Assembly: GCA_022776215.1 (NCBI GenBank)
Contig: JALFIR010000017.1
Location: 5,836 to 69,835 of the forward strand
Source: Solobacterium sp.
Lineage (GTDB): Bacteria; Bacillota_I; Bacilli_A; Erysipelotrichales; Erysipelotrichaceae
Length of the DNA: 64,000 bases
Direction of reading: 5' to 3'
Shown: one piece after another, positions 1-9,984 of the stretch
Numbering within the stretch: the stretch's first letter is position 1
How the letters are laid out: every line of letters starts with the position of its first letter
Notes under the pieces: model-generated
Databases searched by the model: none
The model's input: the letters and a program-made list of their open reading frames with translations, nothing else
What the model was told of the DNA's origin: nothing
Translations under genes and position numbers: made by a program

Positions 1-312
1 AGAAGAAAAAAGGTTACTGCTGATAATGTAGAGTATTATTTAGGTCTAAGCGAATGCAACTTTGAAGAGGCTTTAGCTAGTGAGCCTGATATGAGTTCAA
101 TTGCTCATTCTGTGGTTCTTGTAAAGGCAAAGAGTGCAAGTGATATTGATGCGCTTAAGAAAGAAATTTCTGAGAACTTAAATCCTAATAAATGGATTTG
201 TGTGGGAGTTGAAGAAATCAAAATGGCATCACATGATAACATCTTACTTGTCGTAATGGATGATGAAGTTGGCGATAAGATGATTGAGAATTTTAATAAT
301 TTAAGTAAGTAA
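1..312 (+). CDS. DUF4358-like protein, C-terminal part (5' end outside window)
   Basis: Frame 1 is open from nt 1 to the TAA at 310-312. The tail VVLVKAKSASDIDALKKEI...LLVVMDDE resembles DUF4358 proteins, which commonly sit beside MBOAT/DHHW pairs in clostridial-type genomes. Confidence 0.5.
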   Translation, partial: RRKKVTADNVEYYLGLSECNFEEALASEPDMSSIAHSVVLVKAKSASDIDALKKEISENLNPNKWICVGVEEIKMASHDNILLVVMDDEVGDKMIENFNNLSK

Positions 313-353
313 GGGTCTTCGAAAGAAGCCTTTTCTTTTGGTACAATGACAAT

Positions 354-1694
354 ATGATATTCTCAAGCGTTAGTTTCTTATTTTATTTCTTTCCTATCGT
401 ACTTATACTTTATTTTTTAAGTCCTAGGAAATATCGTAATTTAATATTGTTTATAAGTAGTTTGTTCTTTTATTTTGTAGGAGAGAAACAATATACATTG
501 ATTCTATTGTTTTCATGTGTTTTTAATTTTTTTTATTCGAAAAGGATTAAGGATAAAAAGACTTTATGGTTTGGTGTAATAGTCAATTTATCTTTGTTGA
601 TATATTTTAAATATACTAATTTCATTGTGAATGATGTATTAGGTTTTAATAATTTAGTAAATATTGTTTTGCCTATTGGTATATCATTCTTTACTTTCCA
701 GGCAATCAGTTATTTGATTGATGTATATAGGGGTGATGTAAAGGCTAGTAAGTCATTTATTAACTTTGGCACTTACTTAACTTTCTTTCCACAACTTATC
801 GCAGGTCCTATCGTAAGATATGAGACTGTTAATGAGGAATTGATTGATAGAAAAGAAAATGTTGATGATGCGAGTAGGGGTATAACCCGTTTTTGTGTAG
901 GTCTATTTAAGAAGGTAGTAATCGCAGATACTTTAGGAAGTATAGTAAAACTATTAAGTGCTATTAAGGTACGCTCTAGTTTATCTTATTTCTTGGAAAT
1001 GATTAGTGCTACGATGCAGTTATATTATGATTTTAGTGCCTATAGTGATATGGCTATTGGTATGGCTTTGATATTTGGTTTTCATTTCTTAGAGAATTTT
1101 AATTATCCATTAGTAGCTACATCAGTTAAAGATTTCTGGCGTAGATGGCATATTTCTTTGTCGTCTTTCTTAAAAGATTATATTTATATTCCCTTAGGTG
1201 GTAGTAGATGTTCTAATTCAAGATATATCTTTAATTTGTTTGTAGTATGGTTTTTAACCGGTTTCTGGCATGGTGGGGACTATAACTTTATTCTTTGGGG
1301 CTTGTATTTTGGCTTAGTTTTAATAATTGAAAAGTTTGTGTTCAAGGGTTTCTTTGATAGACATAAGATAATTGGTTTTGTGTATACAACTTTGATTGTG
1401 AATATATCTTTTGTGATTTTTAATCATTCTAATCTTTTGGATATTAAAAATTTCATAGTTGGACTATTTAACTTAAAATATCTAGTTGATAAGGAAACCT
1501 TATTCTATTTAAAGAACTATGTGGCGTTCTTTGCTGTGTGTATCGTTGGTATTACGCCATTATGTAAAAATATTTATTCTAGGTTAAAGAATAAGGATTT
1601 AGTTAATATAGTATTGGTAATCTTATTATTACTTATATCGACTGCATATATTATTGATGCGACTTTTATGCCGTTCTTATATTTTAGGTTTTAG
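354..1694 (+). CDS. MBOAT family O-acyltransferase (AlgI/DltB-like)
   Basis: Polytopic 446-aa ORF with the MBOAT signature FWRRWHISLSSFLKDYIYIPLGGSR and FWHG. The N-terminus MIFSSVSFLFYF is typical of the family. Confidence 0.9.
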   Translation: MIFSSVSFLFYFFPIVLILYFLSPRKYRNLILFISSLFFYFVGEKQYTLILLFSCVFNFFYSKRIKDKKTLWFGVIVNLSLLIYFKYTNFIVNDVLGFNNLVNIVLPIGISFFTFQAISYLIDVYRGDVKASKSFINFGTYLTFFPQLIAGPIVRYETVNEELIDRKENVDDASRGITRFCVGLFKKVVIADTLGSIVKLLSAIKVRSSLSYFLEMISATMQLYYDFSAYSDMAIGMALIFGFHFLENFNYPLVATSVKDFWRRWHISLSSFLKDYIYIPLGGSRCSNSRYIFNLFVVWFLTGFWHGGDYNFILWGLYFGLVLIIEKFVFKGFFDRHKIIGFVYTTLIVNISFVIFNHSNLLDIKNFIVGLFNLKYLVDKETLFYLKNYVAFFAVCIVGITPLCKNIYSRLKNKDLVNIVLVILLLLISTAYIIDATFMPFLYFRF

Positions 1695-1697
1695 TTT

Positions 1698-2723
1698 ATG
1701 AAAAAGTTATTGATTATTATATTTGTATCTTTTATTAGCTTATTTGGTTTTATAAGTCTTTTTAATAAGGAAGAAATATCAATTTATGAAAGAAGGAAGT
1801 TAAAGGCTTTTCCTAAAATAATAGACAACAATAATTTCTTTGATGATTTAGATAAGTACTTAAGTGATCATTTTATTTTTAGACAAGATTTCAGGGAAGT
1901 TAAGGGTTTTGTGAACTATAATCTTTTTAATATTTCGATTAATAATAAGGTGACTATTAAGGATGATTACTTGTTTGAGTTGACAGAGACTAATTATAAG
2001 TCTTTGGATAATATTGTGGCTAAGGTGGATGAAATTATTACAAGGTTTGAAATTAATGACTATGAATTTATAGCTATTCCTTTAAAGAATCATTATGCTG
2101 GTTTGGATAATGTGAGTGAAGAGATTGATGAGTATCTTAGTGTAAAAATAGATAATTATCACTCATTGAAAGATTTGTTGTCATTATCAGATTATTATCG
2201 TACTGATATTCATCTTAAACAGGAAAGACTTGGTAGTGTTGTTAGTAAGATACTAGAGTTGTGTGATGTAGAAGAAAAAGATATAGAGTATTCATTTAAT
2301 ACATATGATAAGTTCTATGGTTCTTTATATGCCAAGATGGCTATAAGTATGAAGCCTGATACGATTACATATTTGACTAATGATTTGTTGAATGGCGTGA
2401 AGGTAGAAAGTGTTGAAGATAAAGACTTATTGGATGTCTATAATGTGTCAGAACTTGAATCGCTTGATCCATATAGTATTTATTTAAATGGTCCTAAGGC
2501 TTATTTAAAGATTGTGAATAAGAATGTAAAGAATAGAAAACTGATTATTTTTAGAGATTCATATACATCTAGTATTGCGCCATTGTTGGTTCCTTATTTT
2601 AGTGAAATAGAATTAATTGATCTAAGATATTACAGTAGTGATTTGCTTAATATTGATGGTGATCCTAAAGTTTTATTCATATTTGGAAGTGAAGTGTTAA
2701 ATAATTCGTTTAGTATTAAATAA
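1698..2723 (+). CDS. DHHW/AlgX-AlgJ-like partner protein of the MBOAT acyltransferase (signal-anchored)
   Basis: Starts 3 nt after the MBOAT gene and has an N-terminal TM anchor. YYRTDIHL sits where the family carries TDHHW. The C-terminal FRDSYTSS is SGNH-like. Confidence 0.6.
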   Translation: MKKLLIIIFVSFISLFGFISLFNKEEISIYERRKLKAFPKIIDNNNFFDDLDKYLSDHFIFRQDFREVKGFVNYNLFNISINNKVTIKDDYLFELTETNYKSLDNIVAKVDEIITRFEINDYEFIAIPLKNHYAGLDNVSEEIDEYLSVKIDNYHSLKDLLSLSDYYRTDIHLKQERLGSVVSKILELCDVEEKDIEYSFNTYDKFYGSLYAKMAISMKPDTITYLTNDLLNGVKVESVEDKDLLDVYNVSELESLDPYSIYLNGPKAYLKIVNKNVKNRKLIIFRDSYTSSIAPLLVPYFSEIELIDLRYYSSDLLNIDGDPKVLFIFGSEVLNNSFSIK

Positions 2724-2878
2724 TATATTGATTTTTTTGACTATAATGGTATGATATTTTTGTTCATTAGTTCTTTTTTAGCTTTATATTAAGGCTTTTG
2801 GGAAATGATAGGTATGCCCATCTATTTTGATGGGCTTTATTTATTTGGTGGACAGAAAATTAGGAGGAGATTTTTCAA

Positions 2879-3457
2879 ATGGAAAAACAAAGTGTTGGTA
2901 AGATTCTTCTTGGTAAGTGGGATACTAAGACAATTGTTGGTGTTGCAATTGGTGTTGCATTGTTTGGTGTCTTAATGGACTATGCTTCTATTAAGGTTTT
3001 CACAAACACAAACTTAACTTTAGCTATGATTGTTCCTGTTATCGTTGGTGGACTATTTGGACCTCTACCTGCAGCCTTAGCTTGTGGTTTAGGTAACTGT
3101 TTAGCTGACTTAATCGGTGGCTGGGGCATGTGGTTTGACTGGTCAATCGGTAATGCTTTCTTAGGCTTCTGTGTTGGTTGTTTAAAGTTATATGGTGCTG
3201 ATATCGAAAACGGTAAGTTTGATGCTAAGCAAATGATTATCTATGTAATCGTTGCGGTTGTTGGTAATGCCTTAGCATTTGGTGTTGTTACACCTATTTT
3301 CTCTGCATTGTTATATCAATCAGAATTAACTATTACTTTCATTCAATCTTTAACAGGTGGTATTTCTAATACAATCGTACTTGTTGTTGCTGGTATTCCT
3401 ATTCTTAAGGCATTAGCTGCAAGAAACGCAAAAGCTACAAACCTAACTAAAGAATAA
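2879..3457 (+). CDS. ECF transporter substrate-specific (S) component, substrate unknown
   Basis: 192-aa Gly-rich protein with about 6 TM segments and a strong SD (AGGAGGAG). It lies immediately upstream of dedicated ECF A-A' and T genes (group I arrangement). Confidence 0.7.
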   Translation: MEKQSVGKILLGKWDTKTIVGVAIGVALFGVLMDYASIKVFTNTNLTLAMIVPVIVGGLFGPLPAALACGLGNCLADLIGGWGMWFDWSIGNAFLGFCVGCLKLYGADIENGKFDAKQMIIYVIVAVVGNALAFGVVTPIFSALLYQSELTITFIQSLTGGISNTIVLVVAGIPILKALAARNAKATNLTKE

Positions 3458-3459
3458 TT

Positions 3460-5175
3460 ATGTTAAAAGAGCCTATAATTGAGTTCAAGGATTTTAGTTT
3501 TCGTTATAAATCTCAAAACGAAGCTACTTTAAAGAATATCAATTTAACTATCTATAAGGGAGAGAAGGTATTATTACTAGGTCCTTCTGGTTGTGGTAAG
3601 TCAACTCTTGCTAACTGTATCAATGGAATTATTCCATTCTCTTTTAATGGTGAAATAAAGGGTTCATGTAAAATTGCTGGAGTAGAGTCATCTACTTCCA
3701 GCATTTTTAAATTAAGTTCGGTTGTTGGAACAGTATTACAAGATTCTGATGCCCAGTTTGTTGGTTTGTCGGTGGGCGAAGATATCGCATATGCTTTAGA
3801 AAATAATATGGTTCCAAGAAACGTGATGCTTAAGAAAGTTAAGGATGCGGCTACTATTGTTCATATGGAAGATTTCTTAGAGTCTGTTCCATATAATCTT
3901 TCTGGTGGTCAGAAACAAAGAGTTTCTCTTGCTGGTATCATGCATGATGATGTCCAAATTTTGTTGTTTGATGAGCCTCTAGCTGCGCTAGATCCTCAAA
4001 TGGGTAATCAAGCTATCGCTTTAATTGATGAGATTCAAAAGGAAAATGAGAAGACAGTGTTAATTATCGAGCATCGTTTAGAAGATGTTTTATATAGACC
4101 TGTTGATCGTATTATTTTGATGTGTGATGGTGAGATTATCGCCGATACTACTCCTGATAAATTATTATGTAGTGAAAAGCTTAGAAAAGATGGTATTAGA
4201 GAGCCACTTTATCTAAGTGCTTTGAATATGGCTTCTTGCAAGTTTAGTGAAGAAGATCATCCAAGTGATATCTTCTCTATGAATCTTGATAAGTATAAAG
4301 ATAAACTAGTTTCTTATTTTACTAGTGTTAAGACTAGTAATGTGAAAAAGAGCGATGAATGCTTACTAGAAGTAAAGAATGTTTCTTATAAGTATAAGAA
4401 TCGTAATGTGAAGGTTCTTGATGATGTATCTTTTAAGGTCTATAAGGGCGAGAAGATTGCGATTGTTGGTAAAAATGGTGCTGGTAAGTCTACTATCGCT
4501 AAGATGTTGTGTGGGGTTATTAGACCGCTTGAGGGTGAAATACTTTTAAATGGTGAGAATTATTTAAAGTATTCTATTAAGGAAATTGGTCAAAAGATTG
4601 GCTATGTTATGCAAAATCCTAATCAAATGCTTGTTAAGGATATCATTAAAGATGAGGTTTCTTTGGGACTTAGACTAAATGGTTATAGTGAAGAAGAAAT
4701 TGATAAGCGTATTGAAGAGGCTTTAAAGATGTGTAATCTATGGCCTATGCGTAATTGGCCAGTTGGTGTTGTAAGCTATGGTCAAAAGAAGAGAGTTACT
4801 ATCGCTTCTATCTTGGCTATGAAGCCTGAGATTATTGTGCTTGATGAACCTACTGCAGGACAAGATTATAAGGTATATACCGAGATTATGTCATTCTTAG
4901 AGGAATTAAATAGGGACTATGGTATTACTATCTTGTTTATTACTCATGATATGCATCTAGCTATTGAATATACTGATAGGGCTATCGTGTTTGCGGAGGG
5001 TAAGTGTGTTGGTGATGATTCTGTTTATAAGATCTTGTCTAATAATGAGATTATTGAGATGGCTAATCTTAAACAGACTTCACTTTATACTTTGGCAAAG
5101 AAAATTGGTGTTAAGCCAGAACTTATGATTGATTCGTTTATTAGTGAGGAAAGGAGAAGAAGACATGAATCATAG
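3460..5175 (+). CDS. ECF transporter fused double ATPase (EcfA-EcfA')
   Basis: Two Walker A motifs (GPSGCGKST, GKNGAGKST), two signature motifs (LSGGQKQR, VSYGQKKR) and two Walker B motifs (LLFDEP, IVLDEP). Confidence 0.9.
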   Translation: MLKEPIIEFKDFSFRYKSQNEATLKNINLTIYKGEKVLLLGPSGCGKSTLANCINGIIPFSFNGEIKGSCKIAGVESSTSSIFKLSSVVGTVLQDSDAQFVGLSVGEDIAYALENNMVPRNVMLKKVKDAATIVHMEDFLESVPYNLSGGQKQRVSLAGIMHDDVQILLFDEPLAALDPQMGNQAIALIDEIQKENEKTVLIIEHRLEDVLYRPVDRIILMCDGEIIADTTPDKLLCSEKLRKDGIREPLYLSALNMASCKFSEEDHPSDIFSMNLDKYKDKLVSYFTSVKTSNVKKSDECLLEVKNVSYKYKNRNVKVLDDVSFKVYKGEKIAIVGKNGAGKSTIAKMLCGVIRPLEGEILLNGENYLKYSIKEIGQKIGYVMQNPNQMLVKDIIKDEVSLGLRLNGYSEEEIDKRIEEALKMCNLWPMRNWPVGVVSYGQKKRVTIASILAMKPEIIVLDEPTAGQDYKVYTEIMSFLEELNRDYGITILFITHDMHLAIEYTDRAIVFAEGKCVGDDSVYKILSNNEIIEMANLKQTSLYTLAKKIGVKPELMIDSFISEERRRRHES

Positions 5176-6013
5176 TGATATTATTAATCTTACTCCTGGT
5201 TCGACTTTTCTTCATCGTTTGACAGGTACTACTAAGGTTAGACTTTTTATTGTGTTAATTGTTTATGTAATGATGTCTTTTGATTTCCGTTTGATTGCAC
5301 CATTATTTGTGATTGCACTAATTGGTCTAATTTCACTTAAACCTAAGTGGAAGACTTTGAAGGTTATCATTATCATTGTTGTGTTGATGAATGTCTTTAA
5401 TATCTTCTTGTTCTGGTTGGCTGATCCTCATTATGGTTTATCACTAACTAATGATGATACAGTCTTGTTTGCGTTTAATAGTTATCTAGTGGTTACAAGG
5501 GGTACTTTATGGTATCTAGGGGTTAGACTTTTGAAGATGCTTACTTCTTTCTTGGTTTCAATGTGTTTTATTATTTCAATTACACCAAGTGAGATGGCTG
5601 CTGGTTTGACTTCTATTGGTCTTCCTTATAAGTTTGGCTCTATTGTTGAGATTGCCTTTAGATATATTCCTGATATTTCTAGAGACTATGAGAATATCTC
5701 TATCTCTATGCAATGTAGAGGCCTAGAACTAGACAAGAAGAAGGCTTCTCCGTTTGAGCGTTTGAAACAAACCGTTATGATTTTGATTCCTTTGGTTATC
5801 ACATCTTTTGATAGAGTTAATGATATCGCCAATGCGATGGATTTAAGAGGTTTTGGTAAGCTCAAGAAGAGAACTTATTATGCTGAGCATGAGATTATTA
5901 AGGGCGAGAAGATTTTTATTGCCTTCTATCTTATTGTGTTTGCGTTTGTAATTTTCTATTCTATTTATTCTAGAGTAGTTACTTTCCCTACTAAGATGTG
6001 GATTTATTGGTAA
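5165..6013 (+). CDS. ECF transporter transmembrane (T) component
   Basis: TM protein with two EcfT-type coupling motifs (MQCRGL, MDLRGF). The start was trimmed to the ATG preceded by AGGAGAAGAAGAC, and the gene overlaps the ATPase gene by 11 nt. Confidence 0.85.
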   Translation: MNHSDIINLTPGSTFLHRLTGTTKVRLFIVLIVYVMMSFDFRLIAPLFVIALIGLISLKPKWKTLKVIIIIVVLMNVFNIFLFWLADPHYGLSLTNDDTVLFAFNSYLVVTRGTLWYLGVRLLKMLTSFLVSMCFIISITPSEMAAGLTSIGLPYKFGSIVEIAFRYIPDISRDYENISISMQCRGLELDKKKASPFERLKQTVMILIPLVITSFDRVNDIANAMDLRGFGKLKKRTYYAEHEIIKGEKIFIAFYLIVFAFVIFYSIYSRVVTFPTKMWIYW

Positions 6014-6017
6014 TTAT

Positions 6018-7355
6018 ATGGATTATAAGAAAATATTTGATGATAATCTTGAAACTTTAAGGTCTTTATTGAAGATTAATTCTATTTATGATGAGAAGAC
6101 TGTAGATGATTTGCATCCTTATGGAAAGGGTTGTAAAGAAGCTTTGGATTTCATGAAGGACTTAGCGATTAAAGATGGTTTTATAGTTAAGGATTATGAT
6201 AATAAGGCTATATCTATCAGTTATGTAGATAATGAAGATGAAAGAATTGATGTAGTTAGTCACTTGGATGTTGTCAGCGTTGATGATAAGTGGTCATATG
6301 ATCCTTTTGGTGCTGTGATTAAAGATGGTAAACTTTATGGTCGTGGTAGCGAAGATATGAAGACTGCTGCTTTCTTGTCTTATCTATGTTTAAAGGAATT
6401 AAGAAATAAGTATCCTGATGTAAAAAGAGAGATTAGGGTAGTATTCGGTAGCGATGAAGAGCGTACGATGGATGATATGCGTCATTATTGTTCAGTGGTT
6501 AAGAAACCATTGTTTGCGTTTTCGCCTGATGGCACTTTCCCTATGGTTATTGGTGAAAAGGGTGCTTTGATGTGGACAATAAGTAGCGATTATGATGGTG
6601 TTATCGAGTCGCTTGATGGTGGTATCCAGTGCAATGTAGTGCCTCCTTATGTTAACTGTGCTCTTAAGGATGATAGGTATACTGAAAAGTTAAGAGAGTA
6701 TTTCTTAGATAAGAAGGCAAATGTAACTAGTGTTAATGGTAAGACTGTTATTCATGTAGATGGTGTGGCAGTGCATTGCTCAAGATGTTTTGATGGTGTT
6801 AATGCGATTAATGTCTTGTTGAAGGGTTTAGCTGAGATTTGTGAAGATGAATTGTGTAAGAATCTTTATGATATCTTGGGCGAGAACTATGGTGCCGGAT
6901 TAGATTCTAAGATTGATGAGGTGTTTGATACTTGTTTGACTGTTAACTTGGGCCGTTTAATTATTAAGGATGGTAAGATTAATGGCCAGGTTGATGCAAG
7001 ATATCCTGCTACTTTAACAAGCGCTGAGTTGACTAAGAAATTTAAAGAAAAAGCTATGTTTAATGTTTCTTTGGATTATGATGATCCTCCAACTTTGAAT
7101 AGTTTGGATGATCCTTATATCAAGGAAATGTTAGATGTTTATGATGGTGTTATGCATGATGGTTTAAAGCCTTATGTGTCAGGCGGTGTATCTTATTCTA
7201 AGGTGTTTAAGCATTGTGTAACCTTTGGTATGAATATGCCTAATAAAGAAAACTTAGCTCATCAGGTTGATGAATATGTAAAGCTTGATGATTGTGTCAA
7301 GGCTTTAGAAATTTATTACAAGACTTTTGAAAGATTTATTGAAATGGAGATTTAA
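6018..7355 (+). CDS. M20 family dipeptidase (PepV/Sapep-like)
   Basis: HLDVV, GRGSEDMK and GSDEE metal and catalytic motifs; length 445 aa. Confidence 0.85.
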   Translation: MDYKKIFDDNLETLRSLLKINSIYDEKTVDDLHPYGKGCKEALDFMKDLAIKDGFIVKDYDNKAISISYVDNEDERIDVVSHLDVVSVDDKWSYDPFGAVIKDGKLYGRGSEDMKTAAFLSYLCLKELRNKYPDVKREIRVVFGSDEERTMDDMRHYCSVVKKPLFAFSPDGTFPMVIGEKGALMWTISSDYDGVIESLDGGIQCNVVPPYVNCALKDDRYTEKLREYFLDKKANVTSVNGKTVIHVDGVAVHCSRCFDGVNAINVLLKGLAEICEDELCKNLYDILGENYGAGLDSKIDEVFDTCLTVNLGRLIIKDGKINGQVDARYPATLTSAELTKKFKEKAMFNVSLDYDDPPTLNSLDDPYIKEMLDVYDGVMHDGLKPYVSGGVSYSKVFKHCVTFGMNMPNKENLAHQVDEYVKLDDCVKALEIYYKTFERFIEMEI

Positions 7356-7358
7356 TTT

Positions 7359-8204
7359 ATGAAGAAGATGTTGGTGTTCCAAACGGACTTCACTTATGCA
7401 GAAGGTGCTGTACCTTCAATGTTGGGAGTTGTTAAGAACGTTGATTTAGATATAGAGTGTATTACAGCTACACATCAAATTCCTCAATATGATACTTATT
7501 CTGCATCATTCAGATTGTATCAATATATTGATTTCTGGCCAAAGGGCACTATTTTTGTGTCTGTTGTTGATCCAGGCGTTGGTACGGCTAGAAGAGCTTG
7601 TGTTGCCAAGACTAAGAACGGTTATTTCATCGTTACTCCTGATAATGGTACTTTGACTCATGTTTATAACAAATGGGGTATTGAGGAAGTAAGAGAAATC
7701 GATGAGACTGTGAATAGACTTCATCGTGATGATAATGGTTATGTTTCTATTTTCCATGGTCGTGATTTATTTGGCTATTGTGCAGCTAAGTTAGCTAGTG
7801 GCAAGATTAGTTTTGAGGAAGTTGGTCCTACTTATCCGGTTGAAGAGATTGTTAGACATGATTTGCATAAGGCGCAAATTGTTGATGGTAAATTAGAGGG
7901 TACTTTTGAGATTAATGATCCTAACTTTGGCAATCTTTGGACTAATATCCCATTGGATTTATTTAAGGAAATGGGTTTTAAGATGGGTGATAGCGTTAAG
8001 ACTACTATTTATTTAAATGATGAGGTAGTTTATAGTTGGAATCTTCCTTATTATGATTCATTCGGTAAGGCTCCTGCTAAGTCTATTATGATTTATAACA
8101 ATGAATTAAATAATATGGCTTTAGCTGAGGTAGTTGGTAATTTATGTAAGAATTATGATTTAGATTTTAGAAAGGGTTATAAGTTGGTATTTGAACATGA
8201 ATAA
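7359..8204 (+). CDS. SAM hydrolase / SAM hydroxide adenosyltransferase family protein (DUF62), paralog 1
   Basis: FQTDF, VVDPGVG, TPDNGTLTH and FHGRD motifs. Confidence 0.85.
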   Translation: MKKMLVFQTDFTYAEGAVPSMLGVVKNVDLDIECITATHQIPQYDTYSASFRLYQYIDFWPKGTIFVSVVDPGVGTARRACVAKTKNGYFIVTPDNGTLTHVYNKWGIEEVREIDETVNRLHRDDNGYVSIFHGRDLFGYCAAKLASGKISFEEVGPTYPVEEIVRHDLHKAQIVDGKLEGTFEINDPNFGNLWTNIPLDLFKEMGFKMGDSVKTTIYLNDEVVYSWNLPYYDSFGKAPAKSIMIYNNELNNMALAEVVGNLCKNYDLDFRKGYKLVFEHE

Positions 8205-9039
8205 TTTATTAGTATTTCAAACAGATTTCGGTTTAGATGATGGCGCAATTAGTGCTATGGAAGGTGTTTCTTTTGGTGTTTCTCAAAGTTTGAATATTCG
8301 TCATTTGACTCATAATATTCCTCAATATAACATCTTTGACGCTTCTTATAGACTTTTCCAAGCTATCGGATACTGGCCAGAGGGTACAGTGTTTGTATCA
8401 GTTGTTGACCCAGGTGTTGGCAGTGCTCGTAAGTCAGTTGTAGCGAAGACTAAGACTGGTCAATATATCGTTACTCCAGATAATGGTACTTTGACTCATA
8501 TTAATAAGTTTGTTGGTATTGAGGAAGTAAGAGAGATTGAAGAAAGAGTTAATCGTTTAAAGAACTCTGAATTATCTTATACTTTCCATGGTCGTGATGT
8601 TTATGCTTATACTGGTGCTAGACTTGCTTCTAATACTATCGATATGGAAGGTGTTGGTCCAAAGCTTAATGTTGAGGATGTTGTTGAATTAGAACTATAT
8701 GGTTGCAAAGAGATTGAAAATGGTGTTAAGGGTCAAATTGATATCCTTGATGTTCGTTTTGGTTCATTATGGACTTCTATTCCTTATGAAGAATTCAAGA
8801 AGTGTGGATTTAAGTTTGGTGATAATGTCCTAGTAAAGATTTATAACAGAGATGTTTGTGTTTATACAAATACAATCAACTATGGCAAGTCTTTTGCGGA
8901 TGTACCAATTTCAACTCCTATTATTTATATGAACTCTTCTTATCATATCGCTGTTGCGATTAACCAAGGTTCATTCGCCAAGGCTTATAATATTGGTGTT
9001 GGTAGTGATTGGAAGATCACTATGCAAAAGAGTATTTAA
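8191..9039 (+). CDS. SAM hydrolase / SAM hydroxide adenosyltransferase family protein (DUF62), paralog 2
   Basis: FQTDFG, VVDPGVG, TPDNGTLTH and FHGRD motifs. Overlaps paralog 1 by 14 nt. Confidence 0.85.
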   Translation: MNMNNLLVFQTDFGLDDGAISAMEGVSFGVSQSLNIRHLTHNIPQYNIFDASYRLFQAIGYWPEGTVFVSVVDPGVGSARKSVVAKTKTGQYIVTPDNGTLTHINKFVGIEEVREIEERVNRLKNSELSYTFHGRDVYAYTGARLASNTIDMEGVGPKLNVEDVVELELYGCKEIENGVKGQIDILDVRFGSLWTSIPYEEFKKCGFKFGDNVLVKIYNRDVCVYTNTINYGKSFADVPISTPIIYMNSSYHIAVAINQGSFAKAYNIGVGSDWKITMQKSI

Positions 9040-9068
9040 TTAATACTGTTAGTTAATTAAATTGAATC

Positions 9069-9099
9069 GGTTGTCTATGTAATATGGGCAACCTTTTTT
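9069..9099 (+). terminator. Intrinsic terminator after the ECF-peptidase-DUF62 operon
   Basis: GGTTGTC (9069-9075) pairs with GGCAACC (9087-9093), including one G-U pair, with an 11-nt loop, followed by TTTTTT (9094-9099). Confidence 0.7.
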
Positions 9100-9201
9100 A
9101 TCCACTTTTCCACATTGACAATGGCAAAAATATGGGAATATGTTGGGAATAAAAGTTCATGTTCCCTTTCTATAATCACCTTACAAGCGAGGTATAAAGA
9201 T

Positions 9202-9842
9202 ATGGAAAATGAAGTTATAGTATTTAAAAATGGAGAATTGGAATTGGAGGTATCATTGAATGAAGATAAAGATACGGTTTGGCTTAATAGACATCAAATG
9301 GCCAAACTATTTGATAGGGATATCAAAACCATTAATAAACATATCAATAAGGCGTTAGAGGAAGAATTGTCTGATGAAGTGGTTGTCGCAAAATTTGCGA
9401 CAACCACTCAACATGGAGCTATAAAAGAAAAACAACAAACTCATATGGTTGAATATTTCAATTTAGATGTAATCATCTCTGTAGGCTATTGTGTTAAATC
9501 ACCTAATGGTATTATCTTTAGAAAATGGGCAACCTCAATTCTTAAGGATTATATGGTTAAGGGCTATGCAATTAATAAGAAAAGACTAGATGCTTTAAAT
9601 AAAACCATAGAAATACAATCAAGGATGTTGTTGTAGATACTAAGGAAGTATTAAGTGTAATAGAAACATATTCTAATGCACTGTCTTTATTAGATGATTA
9701 TGATCATGGAACACTTAGTAAGCCTAAAGGTAAAGAGTCAATCTATGAATTAACATATAAGGAATGTAGAGACTAAATTGATTTAATGAAATTTAATTCA
9801 AGTGTCTTTGGAATAGAAAAAACCTACAAATACTTGGTTTAA
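9202..9842 (+). pseudogene. RhuM/Fic-DOC family gene, N-terminal part, frameshifted and truncated
   Basis: MENEVIVFKNGELELEV...VVAKFATTTQHG...YFNLDVIISVGYCVKS is RhuM-like. The frame breaks near 9620-9636 and continues in another frame (DTKEVLSVIETYSNALSLLDDYDHG...), with stops at 9774 and 9840. Confidence 0.7.
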
Positions 9843-9984
9843 TTGCCTTATTAAAAATATGTCCCTAAAAATATAAGGTATAAACTTTTAAAGACACACT
9901 TTCAGCTTTTATTTATAAGTTTTTTTCATATAATGCATTAAACATTAATATCAACTATGTTTATCCATGGCATATGTAAATAAT

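Noticed and set aside
2756-2878. Assignment of the ECF leader to a known riboswitch class (TPP, S-box SAM, preQ1, FMN, cobalamin).
   Set aside because: I could not find the conserved cores (for example CTGAGA...ACCTGA for TPP, or S-box helices). Only a generic terminator hairpin is visible, so it is kept as an unassigned candidate.
9098-9106. DnaA-box-like TTATCCACT, considered as a hint of oriC given the nearby rpmH cluster.
   Set aside because: It is a single 8/9 match inside a terminator tail. There is no cluster of boxes, no adjacent AT-rich unwinding element that stands out from background, and no dnaA or dnaN.
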